Positions 1-8,962 of a DNA stretch of 42,655 nucleotides are shown in pieces. Location: assembly GCA_029855935.1 (NCBI GenBank), contig JAGSHN010000026.1:1-42655 (forward strand). The letters run 5' to 3'. The notes beneath the pieces were generated by a model. That model was not told where the DNA came from. It saw only the letters and a program-made list of their open reading frames with translations, and ran no database searches. The position numbers and the translations under genes are program-made. How positions within the stretch are numbered: the first letter of the stretch is position 1; the number at the start of each line of letters is the position of its first letter. The DNA is from Candidatus Thorarchaeota archaeon. GTDB lineage: Archaea; Asgardarchaeota; Thorarchaeia; Thorarchaeales; Thorarchaeaceae.

Positions 1-19
1 AGATGTGTATAAGAGACAG
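1..19 (+). other. Tn5 mosaic end / Nextera adapter remnant (artefact)
   Basis: AGATGTGTATAAGAGACAG is the 19-bp Tn5 mosaic end, sitting at the very start of the sequence; it yields the spurious 'MCIRDR' N-terminus of ORF 3..365. Confidence 0.97.
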
Positions 20-365
20 GCACATAGTCGAGGCCTTCAAGTACTTCAGCGACAATCCTGGTCACGGCTTCCAGTTTTCCCTCTTGGGCAAGAGGAAGAC
101 AAGACTCACGTCTCTGCCCAAGAAGTTCGAGGCTGTGAAGAAGGCGATACTACAGATTCCAAAGAATGAGTTGAAAAAGAAGAAGAAGAAGGCACGGCCC
201 GCCGGAGCTGCCGCAAAGGCAAAGAAGACAGTGCCGAAGAAGAAGAAAAAGACTGCAGCCGCGAAAGAGGAACCTGTTGCAAAGGCCCCTCGTGCCGTAC
301 CGAGAAAGCCCAAACCCAAGAAACTGGTTGCCCGGCGTGGGAAGAAGCGAGGTCAGAAGAAGTAA
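20..365 (+). CDS. rpl18: 50S ribosomal protein uL18, C-terminal part (5' truncated), with Lys/Ala/Pro-rich tail
   Basis: HI..(A)F...QFS......LPKKFEAVKKAI resembles the archaeal uL18 C-terminus; lies directly upstream of uS5-uL30 as in spc order. Confidence 0.75.
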
Positions 366-373
366 GGGGATGA

Positions 374-1057
374 ATGCGAATGAGCAGGCAACAGAGACGT
401 AGGCGAATGCCCCGTGCAGAGTACGACCCTCTTGAGAATTGGGTGCCCCGAACCAATCTGGGGCGTCTTGTCAAGGAGGGCCACATAAACACGCTTGAGG
501 AGATCTTCTACAACAACTATCGGATTAGAGAGCCCGAGATTGTGGACGTCCTATTTCCCGACCTCCGACAGGAGGTCGTCGATGTGACGATGGTCCAGCG
601 TCAATCGGACAGCGGCCAGCAGAAGAGTTTCCGTGTCACGGTGGTCGTCGGCAACGGTGAGGGCGTCATCGGTATCGGTGTCGGCAAGGCCGCAGAGTTC
701 GTCCCCGCCGTTCGTGCCGCAGAGGCTCGTGCCAAGTTGAACATCACACTCTTCAGGCGTGGGTGTGGCTCGTGGGAGTGCCGTTGTGGAGAGCCCCATA
801 GCATTCCCTTCCAAGTCCGTGGTCGCTCTGGCTCCGTGACGGTGACGCTCCGTCCTGCACCGAAGGGTACGGGGCTCGTCACGGCAGAGATTGGACGGAT
901 TGTGCTGCGGATTGCAGGTCTGAAGGATGTGTGGTCCATCACAAAGGGCCGTTCTAGGACCTCCTCAAACTTTGCCAAGGCATTCGTTGATGCTCTAGCA
1001 CAGACCTACAGAATGCTCCCGCCTCAGGAATGGGCAAGCTCAGGAGTGTATGAGTGA
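374..1057 (+). CDS. rps5: 30S ribosomal protein uS5
   Basis: [39 protein letters not shown] motifs. Confidence 0.97.
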   Translation: MRMSRQQRRRRMPRAEYDPLENWVPRTNLGRLVKEGHINTLEEIFYNNYRIREPEIVDVLFPDLRQEVVDVTMVQRQSDSGQQKSFRVTVVVGNGEGVIGIGVGKAAEFVPAVRAAEARAKLNITLFRRGCGSWECRCGEPHSIPFQVRGRSGSVTVTLRPAPKGTGLVTAEIGRIVLRIAGLKDVWSITKGRSRTSSNFAKAFVDALAQTYRMLPPQEWASSGVYE

Positions 1058-1539
1058 TGAGCGCAGACGAACCAGTCGTACTTGCCATCCGTGTTCGGGG
1101 AACAGTCGGAGTCAGGCCTCAGATAGAGGACACCCTCAACAAACTCAACCTTGTTCGGGTACATCATGCTGTCGTCCTGAAACTCACCTCGAGTCTACGA
1201 GGAATGGTTGACAAGGCCAAGGACTACATCACGTGGGGTGAGGTCGACGAGGAGACTGCGACGCTCCTCCTCATGAAGCGCGGCAGACTGACGGGAAATC
1301 AACGTCTCACCAATGCGTACCTGAAGAAACACTCAAAATACTCCAGCATCAAGGCGTTTGCGAAGGCACTTGTAGCTGGCAAGGCGACGGTGAGAGACGT
1401 TGAGGGGCTCAAGCCGGTGTTCCGACTGACCCCCCCCAGTGGCGGTTTCAAGGGCAAGAAGTATCGTGCCTATGGCGAAGGTGGTATCACTGGCTATAGA
1501 GGAATGGCAATAAACGAACTTGCCAAGAAGATGATATAG
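1054..1539 (+). CDS. rpl30: 50S ribosomal protein uL30 (archaeal long form)
   Basis: [39 protein letters not shown]. Confidence 0.96.
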   Translation: MMSADEPVVLAIRVRGTVGVRPQIEDTLNKLNLVRVHHAVVLKLTSSLRGMVDKAKDYITWGEVDEETATLLLMKRGRLTGNQRLTNAYLKKHSKYSSIKAFAKALVAGKATVRDVEGLKPVFRLTPPSGGFKGKKYRAYGEGGITGYRGMAINELAKKMI

Positions 1540-1561
1540 AACTACTGTCGAGGTGAAGATA

Positions 1562-2110
1562 ATGCCTTGGGATGACTCTTATGACCCGGATGACCCACGA
1601 CGGTCATTTCGGAAGTGGCTGGGCGACTTTTTCCCAGATGACATATTCCGCAACATCGAGGAGATGATGGATCAGATCTTCCGGGAGATGTCCGAGAGTG
1701 GACTGTTTGACCCGAGCAGATTTGAGGAACTCATGCGGTCTGATGCAAGCCTCAGCCCCTTTGTGTTTGGATTCTCCATTCGGGTTGGCCCCGATGGAAA
1801 GCCCGTGATTCAGCGATTCGGAAATCGGCCCGCTCCGACCCCCGATGGACGCTTCAGGATGACCCCTGAGCTCGAGCCTCTTGTCGATGTCTTTGAGGAG
1901 GGCGACGAGATAGTGGTCGTTGCGGAGCTCCCCGGGGTTGAGCCGGAGCAGGTCAAGGTCCGTGTCAAGGGCAAGACGCTGACAATCGATGTCAACAATC
2001 CTGAACGACCGTATCACAAGACGGTCGAGCTTCCCGCAAAGGTCAAGAAGAACGAAGCCCGTCCAACTATGAGAAATGGAGTTCTGGAGCTGCGACTGAA
2101 GAAGGCCTAG
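1562..2110 (+). CDS. hsp20: Archaeal small heat shock protein Hsp20
   Basis: PFVFGFSIRVGPDGKP..FGN, EPLVDVFE, VVAELPGV, NGVLELRL alpha-crystallin motifs; SD GAGGTGA before ATG 1562. Confidence 0.93.
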   Translation: MPWDDSYDPDDPRRSFRKWLGDFFPDDIFRNIEEMMDQIFREMSESGLFDPSRFEELMRSDASLSPFVFGFSIRVGPDGKPVIQRFGNRPAPTPDGRFRMTPELEPLVDVFEEGDEIVVVAELPGVEPEQVKVRVKGKTLTIDVNNPERPYHKTVELPAKVKKNEARPTMRNGVLELRLKKA

Positions 2111-2126
2111 GTGAGTGTGACCTGTC

Positions 2127-2588
2127 ATGCAGAAACGACGACCAAAGAGGATCAACAAGCTACGAGGACGCAGGGCTGCGGGCTATGGACGCAGCGCTGG
2201 GCACAGGGCCTCCGGACAGAGGGGAGGCAAGGGCAGAGCGGGTTCTAAGAAGCACCACTATATCAAGGTCATAATGGAGGACCCAAACTACTTCGGCAAG
2301 CACGGATTCAAGCGGCCTGAGCCACTTGTGTCACGTCCTCAGACCATAAACGTCGGGGCGATCGATCAGATGGTGGACACGCTTGTCGAGCGGGGACTTG
2401 CAGAGAAGAAGGGTCGCAAGTACACTGTTGATGTCTCTCGCCTTGGTGTGGACAAGATACTTGGCGGAGGCAGGGTCACGCACGTCCTTGAGCTTACAGG
2501 TGTGCAGGCAGTTAGTGAGAGGGCGCGTGAAAAGGTTGAGGGTGCTGGAGGCTCTATCGAGCTGGTCGCCACCAACTCGCCCTCTTGA
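2127..2588 (+). CDS. rpl15: 50S ribosomal protein uL15
   Basis: RGGKGRAG.KKH, YFGKHGF, KILGGG, A.EKVEGAGG. Confidence 0.96.
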   Translation: MQKRRPKRINKLRGRRAAGYGRSAGHRASGQRGGKGRAGSKKHHYIKVIMEDPNYFGKHGFKRPEPLVSRPQTINVGAIDQMVDTLVERGLAEKKGRKYTVDVSRLGVDKILGGGRVTHVLELTGVQAVSERAREKVEGAGGSIELVATNSPS

Positions 2589-2763
2589 GATCTGCCTTTG
2601 ATCTACCACCCATCATGCAGACTCTCCATCTGCCGTGACAGTTGTTGCACTCGGTGTCCTGCCCACCAGAGCAGACAGGTCTATGAAGGTCAGTCCTCAC
2701 GACCACTATCTTTAAAGGTGCAGCCAGAAACGACGCAACAAAAGCCCTGCAGGTGACAAGGTC

Positions 2764-4266
2764 TTGCCATCAAAGTTTCTGAAAGTCCTTTCCCCGCTTG
2801 TACGAGTAATGCCTGAGGTCAAGGCCCCAGAGCGGGAGGTGTCGTTCAGAGAGAAGATAGTCTGGACTCTCGTCGTCCTGATCATCTTCTTGGTCATGTC
2901 ACACATGCCCTTGTATGGCGTTGACAAGAACGTCGGCACCGACTATCTCTGGGCAATGCGTGTGATTCTGGCGAGCACTCGTGGAACGCTGATGGAGCTG
3001 GGAATTGGACCAATTGTCACCGCGGGCCTTGTGATGCAGCTTCTCTCCGGATCGAAGATAATCGACGTGGACTTCAGTGACCCGGATGACCGAGCGCTGT
3101 TCACTGGTGGCCAGAAGGTCCTCGCGATGTTGATGACGGCCTTTCAGGCCATTGCCTACATTATGGGCAATGCCTATGGTCCTCTGACACCTGACAGACA
3201 GGTCTTGGTCTTCCTCCAGCTCTTTGCCGCAGGTGTGGTTGTTATCCTGATGGACGAGCTTGTCCAGAAGGGCTGGGGCCTAGGCTCCGGAGTGTCTCTC
3301 TTCATCATGACCAATGTTGCTGGCCGCGTGATGTGGAACTCCCTCAATATGCTGCAGCTTGAGGACGCTGCACCCGAGGGCTATGCAGGTACAGGTGGCA
3401 CTCGATTGCCGAAGGGTATCATAGCGGCAATGGTCGTCAATCTACTCCGCTGGTTCGGAATTGGTACCGATGCAGGCCCTGCGGTCGATGCAGCGTGGCT
3501 GGTGTTCAGAAACGGCTATGACCCCAGCATATTTGCGCTGGCCGTGACAATGGGCATCTTCTTCTCCGTCCTATGGATGGAGTCTGTGCGTGTTGAGGTT
3601 CCACTACAGTACGCAAAGTATCGGGGTATGCGAGCCCGCTATCCTATCAAGCTCCTCTACACGTCAAACATCCCGGTGATTCTCGCGCAGGCCCTATACG
3701 CCAACATCCTCTTCTTCGGACAGATCATCTACACCAACTGGAATCCCGAGGGCAATAATCCAATCCTCAATCTCATAGGCACCTTCAGTCAGCAAGAGGG
3801 CTCGACAAGAATGATTGCCGAGAGTGGTCTGGCCAGATACATCACTCCGCCACAGGGTCTGATTGTCTTCACTCAGCCTGATGGTGTCTTGCACGTGATA
3901 ATCTATGCCCTACTGATGATAATTCTCTGTTGGGGTTTCAGCGTGATATGGGTCGACATCTCTGGCATCGCGCCGAGAGACGTGGCTCGTCAGCTCCTCG
4001 GTTCGGGCTACATCGTGCCAGGCTTCCGCAGGAGCGAGCGTGTTCTTGAGAGGCTCTTGGACCGCTACATCCCTGTCGTCGCTGGTCTCGGAGGATTTCT
4101 CATCGGCATCCTTGCGGCAGTGGCCGACATCCTCGGTGCCCTGGCAAGCGGCACGGGCATCCTGCTGATGGTGTCCATCATCAAGCAGTACTACGAGACG
4201 ATTGCGAAGGAGCAGCTTGCCGAGATGGGTGGCGAGGGCGTGGCTGGTCTGCTCGGCATACTCTGA
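2764..4266 (+). CDS. secY: Preprotein translocase SecY/Sec61alpha
   Basis: GTLMELGIGPIVTAG, GWGLGSGVSLFI, PIKLLYTSNIP, PGFR, SGTGILL; about 10 TM segments; TTG start after SD AGGTGA. Confidence 0.98.
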   Translation: MPSKFLKVLSPLVRVMPEVKAPEREVSFREKIVWTLVVLIIFLVMSHMPLYGVDKNVGTDYLWAMRVILASTRGTLMELGIGPIVTAGLVMQLLSGSKIIDVDFSDPDDRALFTGGQKVLAMLMTAFQAIAYIMGNAYGPLTPDRQVLVFLQLFAAGVVVILMDELVQKGWGLGSGVSLFIMTNVAGRVMWNSLNMLQLEDAAPEGYAGTGGTRLPKGIIAAMVVNLLRWFGIGTDAGPAVDAAWLVFRNGYDPSIFALAVTMGIFFSVLWMESVRVEVPLQYAKYRGMRARYPIKLLYTSNIPVILAQALYANILFFGQIIYTNWNPEGNNPILNLIGTFSQQEGSTRMIAESGLARYITPPQGLIVFTQPDGVLHVIIYALLMIILCWGFSVIWVDISGIAPRDVARQLLGSGYIVPGFRRSERVLERLLDRYIPVVAGLGGFLIGILAAVADILGALASGTGILLMVSIIKQYYETIAKEQLAEMGGEGVAGLLGIL

Positions 4267-4311
4267 ACTGCGTGCAGATACTCTTGAGGGCCTGTCGCCA
4301 TGAACAGGCTC

Positions 4312-4857
4312 TCACGATTCCTGTCTTGCAGCACAGGCTGCCTCAGACGCTGTGCACAAGAACAGCTCTCCGACGCCATCCCCAGTCCGTGCACTTGTCA
4401 TCACGAATTCTAGGGAGAGCAGCTTGGCGAGCTGGCGTCCTCTCTCCAGTGCCTCTGAATGGTCCCCGTCGATATCTATCTTGTTGGCCACGAGAACGCC
4501 ACGTGGATACTCGCCCCTGGGGATGAAACACATCTGCGAGATCTGTCGGTACATCTCGGCAAGTGGCCTCAGGGTCTCCGGCCTACTCACATCATAGACG
4601 AATATCACCGAGTGAGCGTTTCTACAGTAGTTCATTCTGACATCGTCAAATGTCTGCTGACCCGCCATATCGAAGAGAATGAGTTCGGCATCTCCCTCTG
4701 GTAGCAGTAGTCTCTGGACAGTCACATCCACTCCGATGGTGGCCCTCACATTGTGACTGAACGCATCTTCCGCAAACCTTCTGACTAGAGAGCTCTTTCC
4801 CACTCCTCCGGGACCAACCATGATTATCTTCAGAGTTCGTACCAAGATGCCGGCCAC
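4312..4857 (-). CDS. Rab-like small GTPase (Ras superfamily)
   Basis: G1 GPGGVGKS, G2 TIGVD, G3 DMAGQ, G4 NKID, G5 TSAR; start taken at GTG 4857 (TTG 4845 possible), since the upstream part of ORF 4312..5436 is antisense to adk. Confidence 0.92.
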   Translation of the reverse strand: MAGILVRTLKIIMVGPGGVGKSSLVRRFAEDAFSHNVRATIGVDVTVQRLLLPEGDAELILFDMAGQQTFDDVRMNYCRNAHSVIFVYDVSRPETLRPLAEMYRQISQMCFIPRGEYPRGVLVANKIDIDGDHSEALERGRQLAKLLSLEFVMTSARTGDGVGELFLCTASEAACAARQES

Positions 4858-4918
4858 CCGCCCCTGACCACACAGTACGGCATTCACTAAAGGAATTTTC
4901 GCGTATTCTCTGTCGAAT

Positions 4919-4928
4919 GATATATAAC
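4919..4928 (+). promoter_or_regulatory. TATA box in divergent GTPase/adk intergenic region
   Basis: GATATATAAC in an AT-rich gap about 50 nt upstream of adk. Confidence 0.5.
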
Positions 4929-4974
4929 GCGACCCTGATGTTGGGCGCCCAACCCCCAAGAAAGGTGAATCTCG

Positions 4975-5565
4975 ATGAGTTCGACAAGGAACGCCGTCAT
5001 TGTCACGGGCATACCGGGCGTCGGTAAGACTACGGTCATCGACACTGCAGTGGCGATGGTCAAAGAGAAGCACAACGAGGAGGTCGCGGTGCTGAACTTC
5101 GGAACAGCCATGCTGGAGGTCGCCTTGGAACGCAATCTGGTCAAGGATCGAGACGAGATGCGTCGTCTGCCCACCGCAGTTCAGAGAGAGATTCAAAAGC
5201 TGGCTGGAGAGGCCATTGCAAAGCGTGCTGAGTCTATGCGGGTCATTGTCGACACTCACACTCTGATTCAGACCCCTAACGGATTCCTGATCGGACTCCC
5301 CGAATGGGTCGCTCGTGCAATCAGCCCAAAGACGATTGTCCTCGTCGAGGCAGACTCTGCAGATATCGCCAAGCGTCGGAGCGACGACCCTACACGTGCT
5401 AGGGACGCTCAGATGGTCGAGGAGATTGAGACGCATCAGTTGATGTGTCGTTCCGCTGCTGTCGCTGCTGCAACTCTGACGGGAGCCACCGTGCGCATCA
5501 TAAAGAACCGTCAGGGCAAGGTCGAGGAGGCAGCGAGAGAACTATATGAGACTCTGATGGAGTAA
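4975..5565 (+). CDS. adkA: Archaeal adenylate kinase
   Basis: GIPGVGKTT, NFGTAM, DRDEMRRLP, VDTH, GLP; canonical position after secY. Confidence 0.95.
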   Translation: MSSTRNAVIVTGIPGVGKTTVIDTAVAMVKEKHNEEVAVLNFGTAMLEVALERNLVKDRDEMRRLPTAVQREIQKLAGEAIAKRAESMRVIVDTHTLIQTPNGFLIGLPEWVARAISPKTIVLVEADSADIAKRRSDDPTRARDAQMVEEIETHQLMCRSAAVAAATLTGATVRIIKNRQGKVEEAARELYETLME

Positions 5566-5571
5566 ATCGGT

Positions 5572-6108
5572 ATGCAGGACATCCTTGTCTGGTTTGAGAC
5601 CACGTTCAAGTATCCGCCGCTCTCGGCGGTCCTCATAATGCTGGTGTCAGTCGGCATCTCGGTCGTCAGCAATCTTGCGATGAAACGTTTTGCCGATATA
5701 AGGCGCCTCCGGAGGTATCAGGCCGAGATCCAGGCCTACAATCAATTGAGACAGCGGGCGCAGAAGACGCAGAACGAGAAGCTTCTCCGAAAGGTACGCC
5801 GCAGAAAGGCCTACATCGACCGTATCCAGAAGGAGATGATGACGGCCCGGTGTAAGCCATATATGTTCTTCCTCATTCCCTTCATGATGATATTCTATCT
5901 CCTGTCTGGGTTCTATATGGAGGCTGGTCAGCCCATAATTGTGGCTGTCATCCCGTTTCACATCGAGTACGTGCTCTTCTTCCTCAATGGGTGGATTGGC
6001 GAGCCTGTGGTCGGTGGTTTCGGGATGTACTTCTTCGGGTTCTATATGCTCGTCGGTCTCGGTTTCGGCCAGATACTGCAGAGAATGATGGGCACCTCGC
6101 TCACTTGA
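5572..6108 (+). CDS. EMC3/TMCO1 (DUF106, Oxa1 superfamily) membrane protein
   Basis: TM - basic coiled coil - TM (KPY.FFLIPF) - TM topology; conserved adk-DUF106-eL34-cmk order. Confidence 0.85.
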   Translation: MQDILVWFETTFKYPPLSAVLIMLVSVGISVVSNLAMKRFADIRRLRRYQAEIQAYNQLRQRAQKTQNEKLLRKVRRRKAYIDRIQKEMMTARCKPYMFFLIPFMMIFYLLSGFYMEAGQPIIVAVIPFHIEYVLFFLNGWIGEPVVGGFGMYFFGFYMLVGLGFGQILQRMMGTSLT

Positions 6109-6185
6109 GGGTCCGTGCTCTTGACCGTTGGGCTTAAAAACTCAAGACTGTGAGAACGCAGAGCGTCAGTTCTAGGTGAAGGGAT

Positions 6186-6461
6186 ATGCCAAGACCAGGT
6201 CTATTGACAAGATCGCGTTCGAGTCGCGCAGTGAGGACTCCCGGGGGACGTGTGGTCATTCATCGTAGCAAGATCTACAGCGCCAAGGCCCACTGCGCCA
6301 TCACTGGCAGACGAATGCAGCTCCCCCGAGATGCCAAGCCCGGTAGAAACAAGCACGCAAGTCGTTCATCCAAGCGTCCGAATCGTCCGTACGGTGGCTA
6401 TGCGCTACCGTCGGCTGTGAGGCGCGGCATCATCAGAGCAGTGCGAGAAGGATCGACTTGA
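6186..6461 (+). CDS. rpl34e: 50S ribosomal protein eL34
   Basis: MPRP, VRTPGGRVVIH, KRPNRPYGG. Confidence 0.92.
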   Translation: MPRPGLLTRSRSSRAVRTPGGRVVIHRSKIYSAKAHCAITGRRMQLPRDAKPGRNKHASRSSKRPNRPYGGYALPSAVRRGIIRAVREGST

Positions 6462-7003
6462 AGCGCGTGATAACAGTTGGCGGTCCCCACGGCTCGGGAA
6501 AGAGCTCGATTGCGGACCGTCTCGCCGAAGAGTTCGACCTGCGCAGAACCTCTGCGGGAATCATCTTTCGCCGTCTGGCCAGGGAGCGTGGTCTCTCTCT
6601 GGAGGAGTTCAGCCGGCTGGCAGAGCAGGACAAGAGTATCGACCGTCTGCTTGATGACAGGCTTCGAGAGGAGGCTCGCAGAGGGAATGTCGTCATTGAT
6701 GGTCAGCTGGCCGCCTCGATGGCAGGAGAGTATGCCGACCTGAAGGTCTATCTGACAGCTCCACTCGAGGTCCGGGTCCAGCGTATCGCCTCACGGGATG
6801 GCCGTGACTACGACGCAGCTCTTCAGGAGACTATGATCCGGGAAGAGAGCGAGCGCAGACGCTACAGGGACTACTATGGCATTGACGTCGACGACTTGTC
6901 TATCTACGACCTTGTCCTCAACACTGAGCACTATTCGCTCGACGAGGTCTATGAGATCGTTTCTACGGCTGTTAGACTGCGGCTTCAAAACGACCGATTC
7001 TGA
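6458..7003 (+). CDS. cmk: Cytidylate kinase (archaeal type)
   Basis: GPHGSGKS, SAG.IFR.LA.ERG, IDR.LD, YYGIDVDDLSIYDLVLNT. Confidence 0.94.
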   Translation: MKRVITVGGPHGSGKSSIADRLAEEFDLRRTSAGIIFRRLARERGLSLEEFSRLAEQDKSIDRLLDDRLREEARRGNVVIDGQLAASMAGEYADLKVYLTAPLEVRVQRIASRDGRDYDAALQETMIREESERRRYRDYYGIDVDDLSIYDLVLNTEHYSLDEVYEIVSTAVRLRLQNDRF

Positions 7004-7209
7004 CACTGACTACCCATATTGATCTGCCCTGCTGACCGAAGCAATTCGACACTGCAATCGTCTCCGAACAGGCCACGTGGCAACCCGAACGGAAGGCTCT
7101 TATTCCCTCCTCCTCGTTCTCAGACAGGCTCTCAGGGTCCATTGGGATGAGAGCCACGAGGTGACTCGTGGCATCTCGTTTGACCTTGGACAGATTGAGG
7201 TGAGATACG

Positions 7210-7491
7210 ATGACACTCTTTGAAACTGGACGTGTTTGCGTCAAGACTATGGGCCGCGAGGCGGGAAGATACTGCGTGGTCGTCGAACAGATGAACGGAA
7301 AGTACGTTGTTGTCACTGGCCCCAAGTATCTGAGCGGAGTCCGGAGGCGGAGTTGCAATGTCCGTCACCTTGAGCCGCTGGACATCAAGATTGACATAAG
7401 GGACGGTGCCGATGACGACACCGTTGCGAAGGCCATAGAGTCCGCTGGGCTCACCGAGAGATTCAGACAGAAGGTCCGGCTCGGCGAGTGA
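7210..7491 (+). CDS. rpl14e: 50S ribosomal protein eL14
   Basis: GRVCVKTMGREAGRYCVVV, VTGPK.LSGVRRRSCNV.HLEP. Confidence 0.95.
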   Translation: MTLFETGRVCVKTMGREAGRYCVVVEQMNGKYVVVTGPKYLSGVRRRSCNVRHLEPLDIKIDIRDGADDDTVAKAIESAGLTERFRQKVRLGE

Positions 7492-8525
7492 GCTATGACC
7501 GCACGGGAGGTCTCTGTTTGACGGGTGCGCTTCCTGTCGACCTACCTCGTGAGGTCTTGGTACGTGCGCACGACACGACAGACCCACAGTACGGGTACTC
7601 CTCCCCCAGAGACCTCCCCGTCGAGTATCTCCTTGAAAATGGTGTTGTCTGCCTCGACAAGCCGTCGGGTCCCACCAGTCACGAGGTCGCCACGTGGGTC
7701 CGCAAGATCCTGAATGTCAGCAAGGCCGGTCACTCTGGTACTCTCGATCCGGGCGTCACTGGCGTACTTCCGATAGGCCTTGGAAATGCCACCAAAGTGA
7801 TGCAGGCTCTGCTTCCGGCGGGCAAGGAATACGTCTGCGTGATGGAACTTCACGACCTGGCTGGTGAGGACTCCATTCGCAGTGTGGCTCGCGAGTTCAC
7901 TGGGAAAATATACCAGCGTCCGCCGCTCCGCTCCTCAGTCAAGAGGGTACTCCGTGTCCGCGAGATATACTACATACGCATCCTAGAGATCAAGGGCCGG
8001 TTGGTACTCTTCCGTGTGGGATGTCAGGCGGGGACGTACATCAGAAAGCTATGCTTCGACATCGGCGAGGTCCTCGGCGTGGGGGCTCATATGCGCGAGT
8101 TGCGTCGTACCCGGGTCGGCAAGTTCTCAGAGGATGAGCATCTCTGCACTCTCCACGACCTCAAGGATGCATACGTGTTCTGGAAGGAGGACGCCGACGA
8201 GACAGACATCCGGAAGTACATACTTCCTGTTGAGGCTGCACTGCGTCATCTCCCCGAGATTGTCATACGGGACAGTGCCGTGGACGCAATCTGTCACGGT
8301 GCTGACCTTGCTGCAACGGGCGTTCTCCAACTCACGTCGGACGTGAAGAAGGGTCGTCTTGTGGTCATAAAGACATTGAAGGGCGAGGCCGTTGCGCTGG
8401 CAAGGTCATTGCTCGGGGCCGACCAGATACTCAAGGCCAAGAGCGGCCTTGTTGCCAAGACCGAGCGGGTGCTGATGGAGCGGGGCAGGTATCCACCAAT
8501 GTGGCGTCGCCATGACGAGGAGTGA
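7488..8525 (+). CDS. cbf5: H/ACA RNA-guided pseudouridine synthase Cbf5
   Basis: DKPSGPTSHEV, GHSGTLDP, QRPPLRSSVKR, GTYIRKLC, C-terminal PUA domain, YPPMW. Confidence 0.97.
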   Translation: MSYDRTGGLCLTGALPVDLPREVLVRAHDTTDPQYGYSSPRDLPVEYLLENGVVCLDKPSGPTSHEVATWVRKILNVSKAGHSGTLDPGVTGVLPIGLGNATKVMQALLPAGKEYVCVMELHDLAGEDSIRSVAREFTGKIYQRPPLRSSVKRVLRVREIYYIRILEIKGRLVLFRVGCQAGTYIRKLCFDIGEVLGVGAHMRELRRTRVGKFSEDEHLCTLHDLKDAYVFWKEDADETDIRKYILPVEAALRHLPEIVIRDSAVDAICHGADLAATGVLQLTSDVKKGRLVVIKTLKGEAVALARSLLGADQILKAKSGLVAKTERVLMERGRYPPMWRRHDEE

Positions 8526-8589
8526 CAGCCTCTCTCCCCTGTTGCCGAACAGTGAGATTCATTACCGTAGGATGGTCCTCCCATCTATG

Positions 8590-8948
8590 GTGGCTCTGGA
8601 GCGAAAGCGCGACTGACGGTGCCGGGAGCTCTGCTTCACGGTGCTGAGGAAGATCCCAACTACGCGCCGACACCAGTCCTGCGCGAGCAGGGAGGCGAGA
8701 GCCTCGCTCTGGGAGCAGAAACGACACGTCCGTGCGGGAGATGACGATGATACAGCGTCGAAACAAGCTGTTGAGGACCCGCACGGGACCGTTGAAACGG
8801 CCCATCACTGGGTAGCAACCCCAAGAATACGCCGATGAGGAGTCGGCCCGAGGCGTAGGGTAGGGGGCTTAGTCCAATGTCGCAAGGTCCGCAGGCGGCA
8901 ACGCGGCGGACGGAACAGAATTGGGGCTACTCTTCGTACCAGAGCCAC
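8590..8948 (+). ncRNA. rnpB: RNase P RNA (archaeal, probably type A)
   Basis: P1 GTGGCTCTGG/CCAGAGCCAC; conserved regions GAGGAAGATCCC, GCAGAAACG, TGAAACGG, GCTTAGTCCAATG, ACAGAATTGGGGCTA; P8 CCTGC-GCGA-GCAGG and P9 GAGGC-GAGA-GCCTC; long P12 with GA-rich kink-turn-like motifs. Confidence 0.9.
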
Positions 8949-8962
8949 ACATCATCTTCCTC

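Noticed and set aside
1-19. Tn5/IS50 transposon end
   Set aside because: Synthetic mosaic-end sequence at a sequence end, with no transposase; library artefact
4858-5436. N-terminal extension making the GTPase 374 aa
   Set aside because: Antisense to adk and crosses the promoter; the GTPase fold starts at about 4857
8641-8838. Short ORF in the cbf5-tsr3 gap
   Set aside because: Lies within the RNase P RNA
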